Source: Acinetobacter guerrae | GTDB taxonomy: Bacteria > Pseudomonadota > Gammaproteobacteria > Pseudomonadales > Moraxellaceae | Length of the DNA stretch: 32,000 nt | Direction: 5' to 3' | Assembly: GCF_009372255.1 (NCBI RefSeq) | Contig: NZ_LXGN01000059.1 | Span: 4,564 to 36,563, forward strand | Shown: positions 10,217-17,359 of the stretch, in pieces | Layout of the letters: the number at the start of each line of letters is the position of its first letter | Position numbering within the stretch: the first letter of the stretch is position 1 | The notes under the pieces: model-generated | The model's database searches: none | Seen by the model: the letters and a program-made list of their open reading frames with translations, nothing else | What the model was told of the DNA's origin: nothing | Made by a program: the position numbers and the translations under genes

Positions 10217-10471
10217 CTATGATTTATGAGCATCTTCATATTCGTAATGGGTTGCAAACAAAGCCAATAAGATAAAGAATCCCATAAAAACAGTTATTAC
10301 CGCTATACCACGAGATACATAAATTGAGTCAATAAAATAATCAATGTAGTCAACATAAGTCAAAAAGCAGTTAAATAAAAATATACATAAATACTTTAAG
10401 AAAAACAGGGCAATAGGAAGTAGTGCTAGAAATATAAATGTATAGGCAAGATATTTTAAAAATGCTTTCAT
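10217..10471 (-). CDS. small membrane protein with 2-3 predicted TM segments, translationally coupled to pI/Zot
   Basis: The 84-aa ORF is very hydrophobic. Its ATG overlaps the TGA of the Zot-like gene (ATGA at 10468-10471). Confidence 0.55.
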   Translation of the reverse strand: MKAFLKYLAYTFIFLALLPIALFFLKYLCIFLFNCFLTYVDYIDYFIDSIYVSRGIAVITVFMGFFILLALFATHYEYEDAHKS

Positions 10472-11991
10472 AGCGCATTTGCTCCAGTAATTTTCTTTTG
10501 TAAGTCAGATTGAACGTAATTATTTGCTTGTTGTTGATCATGCAAATATGAAAGATATAGCTCATATTCTTGAGCAGTCATTTTGGCATTATCTTTCGTA
10601 GTATTTTGTTGACTATAAAGCGAACTACTTGGCGAATTACTGTTTTGATTAGATAGTCCATTTTGTTGTCCTTGTTGAGCAAAATAATTGAAAGGGCGAT
10701 CACCAGACATGATTTTTTTGCAATCAGATTGTGATACTTGTAGACGCGTTCCTTGTTGTGTATATCCAGTAAAAGTGCCATCACGATTGGTCATACAACC
10801 AGACAAAACAGGCTTTGCAGTCACATCGTAATGAACAGAATTTTGAATTTGATCAGTATCAAACGGTTTATTCGGGTTATAAGAAACTACAGTTGTTTGA
10901 CCAGATGAATTAGTGGCAGAAGCTTTATTTTTAGATAAGTCATTGAACCACTGAACACACTCAGGCTTTTCTACATTAACTGCCTTGCGACATTCCTGAG
11001 CAGCGTTAAATTGCTGATCAGTTTTTGTTTGTTTGGATGAGTTAGGCTGTGATTGATTTGCAGTTACAGGCTTTCCATTCAAACCATTAGACACTTGATC
11101 ATAGATGACGTTGTCGCGTGTAACGAAATAGCCAAATAAACAAGCCATAACAATCACGAAAGCACCGATGAAATAGACAAATCTGGGAATACGTTTCTGA
11201 GATGTATCAATCGTGGTCGATTTATACAATGTAAAAATACGGTCAGCAGGCTTAAATGATGTCTTAGATTCACAGTTAATTTTATTAATTAATGCATTGG
11301 GATTATCACGTGCAGAGCCGTACTGATAAACTTTGCACGTCCAACCGAAAGGACGTGTCAAATGATAATGAGCCGTAAACAACTCTTTCATCACAGGATG
11401 CAAATATCGTGTTGCTTGGGTGATGATATAGAAGTCAAATCCACGATGACGATGTATCGTAAGATGCATAATCATTTCATCTTCAGACTTTTTATTTTTA
11501 TATGGTTCTACAAGTTGTATTTCGTCAATAACAATAATTGAGCCGTCTGGGGCATCACGCCAATCGTAAATTAATGGACGTGAATACGGGATTTTACAAG
11601 CTTTGATATTTGTATAAATAGTGCGAACGGGCTGTAAAAACTGAAAATCCTGTTTTCCGTATTGATCATTAATGCGATCTACAATTTCATTATAAATCGT
11701 GGTTTTCTTAAAATAATCGTCAGGACGTAAATCTTCAAAGTCTTCATTTAAGAAATGAAAGTAATCATCTGAAAGCATATCAACTTGTGTTATGCGATCA
11801 GATCCAGAGCCTACTTCATAGATATGTAATAGAAATTCATCTTTGAATTTCTCAAATAATGGCTTGTTATGTTCAAAAATGATTTTGTTTTTGCGTACAT
11901 TAATAAAGTTAGCTTTTTCAATAAGATCAAGTTTATTAACGACAAAAGCAGTTTTTTGAGAGCCTGGCGTACCAGTGACTAAATATAACAT
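10468..11991 (-). CDS. Zot / pI-family phage assembly ATPase
   Basis: The N-terminus MLYLVTGTPGSQKT is a Walker A motif, and IIVIDEIQ is a Walker B motif. A central TM segment (FVYFIGAFVIVMACLFGYFV) is followed by a Q/N/S-rich C-terminal domain. A GGAG RBS is present, and the gene sits after the pVI-like gene. Confidence 0.8.
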   Translation of the reverse strand: MLYLVTGTPGSQKTAFVVNKLDLIEKANFINVRKNKIIFEHNKPLFEKFKDEFLLHIYEVGSGSDRITQVDMLSDDYFHFLNEDFEDLRPDDYFKKTTIYNEIVDRINDQYGKQDFQFLQPVRTIYTNIKACKIPYSRPLIYDWRDAPDGSIIVIDEIQLVEPYKNKKSEDEMIMHLTIHRHRGFDFYIITQATRYLHPVMKELFTAHYHLTRPFGWTCKVYQYGSARDNPNALINKINCESKTSFKPADRIFTLYKSTTIDTSQKRIPRFVYFIGAFVIVMACLFGYFVTRDNVIYDQVSNGLNGKPVTANQSQPNSSKQTKTDQQFNAAQECRKAVNVEKPECVQWFNDLSKNKASATNSSGQTTVVSYNPNKPFDTDQIQNSVHYDVTAKPVLSGCMTNRDGTFTGYTQQGTRLQVSQSDCKKIMSGDRPFNYFAQQGQQNGLSNQNSNSPSSSLYSQQNTTKDNAKMTAQEYELYLSYLHDQQQANNYVQSDLQKKITGANAL

Positions 11992-12056
11992 TTTTACTCC
12001 TACGCGCGGGCTTGGTCGGGCGTCGAAGCTCCTACTCCCGCGCCCGCGCTATGTCG

Positions 12057-12335
12057 TCATTTTTTCTTTAGTAGATGTAATGGGGAGGCTTGTTTATAGT
12101 GCTTTGCGACAATTGCACCCAAAACCAATGAAAAGTAAATATGCAGACCAGTGACACCGAGCATTTGTAAAAGCACAGCAGGCAATTGATTCACAGAATT
12201 ATGAAAGTGATTAATCATCGTATTAATGATTGCTAATGCAATACCAGCAGTACCTAGAGTTACGCCCGCACCTTCTAATACATTTTTTAAGAAGCCTTTT
12301 TGTACGCTTGCAAGTAATGTCGATAAACTAGGCAT
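12057..12335 (-). CDS. pVI-like minor coat / membrane protein (assigned by position)
   Basis: The 92-aa hydrophobic ORF overlaps the end of the pIII-like gene by 8 nt. It occupies the gIII-gVI-gI position of Ff-type phages. Confidence 0.45.
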   Translation of the reverse strand: MPSLSTLLASVQKGFLKNVLEGAGVTLGTAGIALAIINTMINHFHNSVNQLPAVLLQMLGVTGLHIYFSLVLGAIVAKHYKQASPLHLLKKK

Positions 12336-13557
12336 CTTGACGTACTCCGGCGACTATATAGAGCGCATGTAATGAGCCAAGAGCAACAACAATCGGATAT
12401 ACAAAAGTCGATATAGCTTCACACCACATCGTAAAGTCGAATGAAAAATCTAGAGTTCCACCGTTCCATTGGAAAGTGAGAGGGATTTTTGCAGGGCATG
12501 CAGTAGAGAAGTTTATAGACGAATCAGGTTCAGTTTCTGTATTTTGATCAATATCTAATTCGTTATCAGATGGCTCATCTTTTTTTACCCAGTCAATAAC
12601 ATCACAAACAGCAGTTGCCCAAGAACAAAAAGCAGGCAATGAAAATGAATTTGCACCTGTTTCAGGATCAGGTTCATTTTCTTTAATTTTGTCATCTTCA
12701 GTACGAGGAGATGCATTTTCAAGCTGACGTTTAACTTCTTGAACAGTCGGAGAATTCGCATATTCCCAGTCATTTAAGGGTTTCCAAAGATTTGTTTGAA
12801 CTTCTGGTTTGTATTTAGGTTCAAGCTTTGCAGCCAGTTCAGGTTTTGAGTAATCGGGATGTGTATGATTCGCATATTCTGCAAGTTCTTCTTCAGTAAG
12901 AACTTCTTTGTCTGGTTTTATTTCTTGATCTTTTGTCGCTTTAACAGAAGCAAAATCGTTTCCCCAAGGACCAGAAAATTCATATTCTTTGACCCAATTG
13001 ACTTTGTTTTGTTCTAGATCGCCAACCCACTTCACGAATTTAAAGTCAGTACCACGTATTCTTAATTGTTCTTTCGCTGCCTCAAGGGGACAACCATATG
13101 TATTCTGGCCACCTTGCCATTTAACTGAGAAATATTTTCCATCTTCGAAAATATTTCCAGAACATTGATTCGGAGATCCAGTATCAGATTGTTGTTTATA
13201 TCGCCAGATACTTTGAGCTTGAGGATCAATAATCCAGTCAACTGCTTCAAGTAAAGCTTGTAATGCATCATATCCATTCAATGCCCAATTAGCACGACGT
13301 AAAAGTCTAGACATTCCAACAGCGCCCGCTTTAGCTTTATTTGCAGTAGTTTTTGGATCAATTTTAACTTCGTATTTTTTATCGTTAATAGCATCGCCAT
13401 ATTGATCAACTTTATACGCTTTAACTTCAATATTTAATGGTTTTTGAACAGGTTCATATTCCCACTTTTCAGCAGCACCCGCAAAAGCGTGATGAAATGG
13501 AACAATATAAATGCTGAACATCAATAATATTGTCAGATATGTTTTATAACGACCCAT
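12328..13557 (-). CDS. pIII-like adsorption / minor coat protein
   Basis: The start was moved to MGRYKTYLTILLMFSIYIVPFHHAFA, a signal-peptide-like N-terminus. The 409-aa product has a C-terminal membrane anchor (YPIVVALGSLHALYIVAGV) and directly follows the coat gene and its terminator. Confidence 0.55.
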   Translation of the reverse strand: MGRYKTYLTILLMFSIYIVPFHHAFAGAAEKWEYEPVQKPLNIEVKAYKVDQYGDAINDKKYEVKIDPKTTANKAKAGAVGMSRLLRRANWALNGYDALQALLEAVDWIIDPQAQSIWRYKQQSDTGSPNQCSGNIFEDGKYFSVKWQGGQNTYGCPLEAAKEQLRIRGTDFKFVKWVGDLEQNKVNWVKEYEFSGPWGNDFASVKATKDQEIKPDKEVLTEEELAEYANHTHPDYSKPELAAKLEPKYKPEVQTNLWKPLNDWEYANSPTVQEVKRQLENASPRTEDDKIKENEPDPETGANSFSLPAFCSWATAVCDVIDWVKKDEPSDNELDIDQNTETEPDSSINFSTACPAKIPLTFQWNGGTLDFSFDFTMWCEAISTFVYPIVVALGSLHALYIVAGVRQDA

Positions 13558-13620
13558 GTCACCACCATTATAGAAATCGGTAAAATCCAATAAAAAATTG
13601 AAGCTTCTGGCATACATCAC

Positions 13621-13651
13621 TCCAAAATAAGTTAGCCCCCGAAGGGGCTAA
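13621..13651 (-). terminator. hairpin terminator after the major coat gene
   Basis: TTAGCCCC-CGAA-GGGGCTAA sits 4 nt downstream of the coat stop. On the minus strand it is followed by TTATTTTGG. A strong terminator after gene VIII is typical of Ff phages. Confidence 0.7.
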
Positions 13652-13654
13652 GGT

Positions 13655-13939
13655 TTAGGCAGCGTTAGCACCTTTGTTAAGTTTTCGATAACCGATGATC
13701 ATTGCTGTAAGTGTTGCAGCAGCAACCAAAATCGAAACAATGATTGTTCCCGCTGCACCTAACTGACCAGTAATTGCAGTACCTACAGCAGTCAAATCAG
13801 TAACCTCAGCGTGAGCTGAATTGGCAAGAATTAAACCCGTAGTTGCAGCAGTACCCGCAGCTAGACGACCACGAAATTTTTGAAACCAAGTTTTTTGATG
13901 AACTTGTTGAACCATTGGTGTTACGTTTGAATAAGCCAT
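13655..13939 (-). CDS. inovirus major coat protein precursor (pVIII-like)
   Basis: An AGGAGA RBS lies upstream of the ATG at 13939. A 44-aa leader ends in ANSAHA. The predicted 50-aa mature peptide is EVTDL...(hydrophobic core)...YRKLNKGANAA, with an acidic N-terminus and a basic C-terminus. Confidence 0.75.
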   Translation of the reverse strand: MAYSNVTPMVQQVHQKTWFQKFRGRLAAGTAATTGLILANSAHAEVTDLTAVGTAITGQLGAAGTIIVSILVAAATLTAMIIGYRKLNKGANAA

Positions 13940-13962
13940 GACAATTTCTCCTATGTTGTTGT

Positions 13963-14166
13963 TTAGGCTAGTTTTGCAGCTTTCATAATGAAGCTGTAAG
14001 CGATCAAAAGACCGCATATCTTCGCAATCTCTTTTGAAATCGCGATAGAATCGGCTTGAGTAATTGCCAAACCACCGAAGATTTGAGCAATACTCAAAGG
14101 AACATAGTCCGTGCATGTTTTTACGTTATTTACAATTTCAATAGCGGAACAAACGTACACGTCCAT
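13963..14166 (-). CDS. small partly hydrophobic phage protein (possible minor virion protein)
   Basis: The 67-aa ORF has an AGGAA RBS and lies immediately upstream of the coat gene, in the gVII/gIX position. Confidence 0.45.
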   Translation of the reverse strand: MDVYVCSAIEIVNNVKTCTDYVPLSIAQIFGGLAITQADSIAISKEIAKICGLLIAYSFIMKAAKLA

Positions 14167-14177
14167 TTTTTAAATTC

Positions 14178-14492
14178 CTAAGACAAAAGTTTTTGTATTT
14201 CAGCAAAAGACATTTGCTTATCAGAGATATCTATAGAACAAGTCATTCGATCCGAATAACCGTTAAGATCAAAATCAAAGTATTTAATACTCGTACCTTG
14301 AGCTGATTCATGTTTATAACGACCAATAGAGTGAATGAACGATTTACGTATTGCTTTTTCACCAATAAAGACAAGATCATCTACAGATGATTTAGAAAGC
14401 AATTCTTGAAAAACAACCGATTTAGAAGTAATTCGATTCAATCGTTCAGCATGTTGTTGTCGGTCATATTCTTTTTCACTAATACCAAACAT
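14178..14492 (-). CDS. hypothetical soluble phage protein
   Basis: The 104-aa ORF starts 2 nt after the stop of the 35-aa micro-ORF. I recognised no motif. Confidence 0.5.
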   Translation of the reverse strand: MFGISEKEYDRQQHAERLNRITSKSVVFQELLSKSSVDDLVFIGEKAIRKSFIHSIGRYKHESAQGTSIKYFDFDLNGYSDRMTCSIDISDKQMSFAEIQKLLS

Positions 14493-14494
14493 AA

Positions 14495-14602
14495 TCAGCC
14501 CTCACATTTAGACATGTGGAACGGCAAATATTGATAATGAAAATAGCTAAAGCATTTCAGGCATTCGGCTTGATTGTCACCGTTCATAAATACATATTTC
14601 AT
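14495..14602 (-). CDS. 35-aa Cys/His-rich micro-ORF (MKYVFMNGDNQAECLKCFSYFHYQYLPFHMSKCEG), absent from the ORF track
   Basis: I translated this by hand from the reverse complement. A GGAG RBS lies 8 nt upstream, and the TGA is 2 nt from the next ATG. The spacing is CxxC-x4-H-x6-H-x3-C. Confidence 0.4.
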   Translation of the reverse strand: MKYVFMNGDNQAECLKCFSYFHYQYLPFHMSKCEG

Positions 14603-14622
14603 ATTTGCCACTCCGAAATAGC

Positions 14623-14952
14623 CTAAGCAGATTTTTGAGCCTGATTGACTGTTGATTTTTGATCAGTAGGGGAGGACTTTGGAACTAAGTCTTTAATAAT
14701 CGTGGTCATCGATTTACCATTTGAAACTTGTTCTAGTGTTGCTTCAGCAACAAGCGGGAACTCAAGATGCTTGATCTTGTCAAAATTGGCAGAAGTACCC
14801 CATTTCATTTGTTCACCAACTTCACCGACGAAATTATCGCCCTCTTGTAAGTCAGCTTTGAAGAAAACAGTAGTACTATCAAATGGACGTCCGTTGTATT
14901 CGCCCTTAGTTGATTTAGCACCCAAAACGATCATGTCTGTTTTAAATAGCAT
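14623..14952 (-). CDS. putative ssDNA-binding protein (gV/RstB position)
   Basis: The 109-aa ORF has an AAGGA RBS and overlaps the Rep 3' end by 11 nt. The assignment rests on position and size only. Confidence 0.4.
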   Translation of the reverse strand: MLFKTDMIVLGAKSTKGEYNGRPFDSTTVFFKADLQEGDNFVGEVGEQMKWGTSANFDKIKHLEFPLVAEATLEQVSNGKSMTTIIKDLVPKSSPTDQKSTVNQAQKSA

Positions 14953-16423
14953 GGATAAATTCCTTATAAGATGATTGGTTCACAAGCGGTACACCGACAA
15001 ATAATGAATAATCTTCATCATTGTTATTTGCTTGGATTGGTTGATCGAGACGTAATGCAGCCATAACAGCAGCATGTGAAAAATTAAGACGTTTTGGTAC
15101 AACGTCCTTATCAGATGAAATGATGTTTAATAAATCTTCATCATTGATGAACTTGCGGAACTGACGGATATATTTACCGAATTGATGTTTAACGATTTCC
15201 AATGCTTTATCGACATTGATCGTTGCCTGTTTTTTTACAAGCTCACATTTTTCTGGTGCTACAAAATCATTCAACTTGTCACATAAAACTTCAAGGGCAG
15301 GGTATGAATCTTTAAAGTAAGCACTTGGCTTTAGAAGAATATCTAAAGGTAAATAACGGTCAGTCGATTTAAGCTCAAGCTCGGCACGTGTCCAAAGACT
15401 TAATGAATCGCCCTCTTTTTTGCCACGTTCATAAAAACGAAGAAATTTAGAACTTGAACGATTGCCGATAGTTAGAGTACGACCCTTGCCGTTAATACGC
15501 TTCCAGTCACCGAGTTTATTTATTTCTGAATTGCGACCACCGCACCAGAACATTTCTTGAGAATCCCATTGGTCAGCAAGATCGACAGACACCCATTCGC
15601 TTTCAAAATCATCAAATGCAATATCAACACGGTTTAATTTTGGTGTTTTGGCTTCTGTTTTGAGCCAATTATAAAGTTGTTCATTCCAACCCTTGCGAGC
15701 CAAAGCGCAACCAGTACCATTAATTTGAACCGTAATTCGTTTATTATTATGACCGTACAAGACAACCCCCAAATTGTCTTGCAGATCATAGCCGTACTTA
15801 TTCCAGTGCATTCCCTTGTCACGTTTTTGAGTAATACCGAAACCGAAAATTTCAAATAATAATTGATCAAGCCATGTTTCTATTGCATCGCCGACAGCAG
15901 CATCGACTTGTTCTGGTTGAAGCTGAACGTATTTATCACCAAAAGTGCTTTGGCAAAAGCTAAAAGTCACCCAGTCAAGACCTACAATATTATTTTCAAT
16001 AGGTGAACAGGTGAGAACTGGTACAACGCCTTGGGGAGTTGAAATTAACTTGCAGTTATCTAAATGACGTGGAAAAGCCCATGACTCAGATGTCTGTTGC
16101 GTATCCGCTACCCCTATATTATAAAAAGGGGTGCTTTCTGCCGTGTTTTGCGCAGTTTTGGCGAATTTTTGTACAAATATTTCTTGAATAGAAATTTCAG
16201 CAGGTTTGGATTTTTTCTCTTGTGGTTGATCAAATGCAGACAGTTTATTTTTTACAATGCCATCGAGCATGTTCTTTAAAATCTGACCATCAGAAAGAGC
16301 TACATCGCCAAAAGCTGTAGATGCATGGATTTCATCAAATATGAATTTTTGACGATCATAGATTTCTACAAGTGATAATGATGAATTATCAAATTCAAAA
16401 ATGAGATTCATTAAATTGTTCAT
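14942..16423 (-). CDS. rolling-circle replication initiation protein (Rep_trans/RstA-like)
   Basis: The 493-aa ORF carries LRFYERGKKEGD...WTRAELELKS, which resembles the Rep_trans (PF02486-type) signature as I recall it. It sits upstream of the structural module. Confidence 0.65.
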   Translation of the reverse strand: MNNLMNLIFEFDNSSLSLVEIYDRQKFIFDEIHASTAFGDVALSDGQILKNMLDGIVKNKLSAFDQPQEKKSKPAEISIQEIFVQKFAKTAQNTAESTPFYNIGVADTQQTSESWAFPRHLDNCKLISTPQGVVPVLTCSPIENNIVGLDWVTFSFCQSTFGDKYVQLQPEQVDAAVGDAIETWLDQLLFEIFGFGITQKRDKGMHWNKYGYDLQDNLGVVLYGHNNKRITVQINGTGCALARKGWNEQLYNWLKTEAKTPKLNRVDIAFDDFESEWVSVDLADQWDSQEMFWCGGRNSEINKLGDWKRINGKGRTLTIGNRSSSKFLRFYERGKKEGDSLSLWTRAELELKSTDRYLPLDILLKPSAYFKDSYPALEVLCDKLNDFVAPEKCELVKKQATINVDKALEIVKHQFGKYIRQFRKFINDEDLLNIISSDKDVVPKRLNFSHAAVMAALRLDQPIQANNNDEDYSLFVGVPLVNQSSYKEFIHAI

Positions 16424-16533
16424 TTAATATCTCCCATTACTTCAGATGACTGAACTTCTTTTAAATCATGAAGAAGCCAAGCAAGAGTTGATAAGACGAT
16501 AAACAAAGAAATAAAAAAGATTCGAATATCCAT
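16420..16533 (-). CDS. 37-aa single-TM micro-ORF (MDIRIFFISLFIVLSTLAWLLHDLKEVQSSEVMGDIK), absent from the ORF track
   Basis: I translated this by hand. Its ATG shares one base with the TAA of the upstream 85-aa ORF (TAATG). Its TGA overlaps the Rep ATG (ATGA). Confidence 0.4.
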   Translation of the reverse strand: MDIRIFFISLFIVLSTLAWLLHDLKEVQSSEVMGDIK

Positions 16534-16790
16534 TACTCTTCTCCAAACGCTTCTATTAATTCTTGATTTGCGTTTTTATAGATTTCTGCAAAAGCATCTA
16601 TCGTTGATGCGTCATAAGACCAGTCATGAGCAACAGTTGCTAAATGCATTAGACATTTTTCTGCTGAAATGGCAGGTGTTAAAGCTTCAAGACATGGTTC
16701 AGCGTGATCTGATACGATTTTGGCTACTTGTTCAAAGGCAGCTTGGATAAAATCTGTTTTAGTTTTAAAGACTAATTGAGCATCGTTCAT
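16533..16790 (-). CDS. acidic 85-aa hypothetical phage protein (first gene of the minus-strand module)
   Basis: The ORF has plausible protein composition and is coupled to the downstream genes. I recognised no motif. Confidence 0.5.
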   Translation of the reverse strand: MNDAQLVFKTKTDFIQAAFEQVAKIVSDHAEPCLEALTPAISAEKCLMHLATVAHDWSYDASTIDAFAEIYKNANQELIEAFGEE

Positions 16791-16824
16791 TTAGAATGCT
16801 CCGAAACAGACAGGGGATTTAAAA

Positions 16825-17208
16825 TTGATATTAGAAAAAATTCTTGTTGTATTGATTGTTCTTACAGTTTTGTCTTTAGTGACATGGTGGACACAAAGAA
16901 AAGGAAAACCCAAAGTAAGAAGAATGGGAACAGATAAAAACAGTCGTTTATCAGATTTAAATCTTCTATATGACCGAGCTAAAAAAGAGTTCATAAGCTT
17001 AGAGGTCAGAAAATTTACAGATAAAGTTGTTATTAGCGAAAAGTCACTATTTAACAAGAATCCAAAAGACTTAGTTTTTATTACACTAAATCCAAACAGG
17101 GGAAAATCAGTATCTAAAAAAGGACTATTTGTAGTAGCACGATATCCACATGTACCAACAAGAGAAGAAATGCAAAAAGATTTTGCACGTGTCTTGAATA
17201 AATACTGA
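16825..17208 (+). CDS. N-terminally membrane-anchored basic protein, unknown function
   Basis: The TTG start is preceded by AGGGGA 7 nt upstream. A TM helix (ILVVLIVLTVLSLVTWW) is followed by a K/E-rich soluble part. I prefer this ORF over the antisense 140-aa ORF, which contains no Glu at all. Confidence 0.5.
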   Translation: MILEKILVVLIVLTVLSLVTWWTQRKGKPKVRRMGTDKNSRLSDLNLLYDRAKKEFISLEVRKFTDKVVISEKSLFNKNPKDLVFITLNPNRGKSVSKKGLFVVARYPHVPTREEMQKDFARVLNKY

Positions 17209-17267
17209 TGCATAAAAAGCCCCTTGATTGTTCTCGATTATCAATATCGGGTTCTTTTTTGTAAAAC

Positions 17268-17343
17268 TTCCCAAATTTGGGAATGCATGAACAAAAAAAA
17301 CTTCTAATATTTGTTAAGTAAAATACTTAACTAATTTTAGAAG
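17268..17343. promoter_or_regulatory. operator-like palindromes upstream of the HTH regulator gene
   Basis: A perfect 16-bp palindrome, TTCCCAAATTTGGGAA, occupies 17268-17283. A 43-bp nested inverted repeat, CTTCTAA-5-GTTAAGTA-AAA-TACTTAAC-5-TTAGAAG, occupies 17301-17343 and ends 16 nt before the ATG. Confidence 0.5.
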
Positions 17344-17359
17344 CACAAGAGGTTAAAAA

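Noticed and set aside
12003-12050. GC-rich palindrome considered as a rho-independent terminator or a REP-type host repeat
   Set aside because: No U-run follows it on the coding (minus) strand, and no second copy occurs anywhere else in the 32 kb. I keep it only as an unexplained structure in the findings.
13558-13620. Upstream extension of the pIII-like ORF (MMYARSFNFLLDFTDFYNGGD)
   Set aside because: The extension abuts the coat-gene terminator region. A signal-peptide-like N-terminus starts at the internal Met at 13557.
13940-14116. Upstream extension of the coat ORF to 153 aa
   Set aside because: It overlaps the 67-aa ORF in another frame. The AGGAGA RBS and the typical precursor architecture begin at the ATG at 13939.
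16791-17213. 140-aa minus-strand ORF overlapping the 127-aa plus-strand ORF
   Set aside because: I do not annotate it as a CDS. It has no Glu and an F/S/L/T-rich composition typical of the antisense of a K/E-rich gene. It stays in the findings because its RBS-like GGGG and TAAATG junction leave some doubt.
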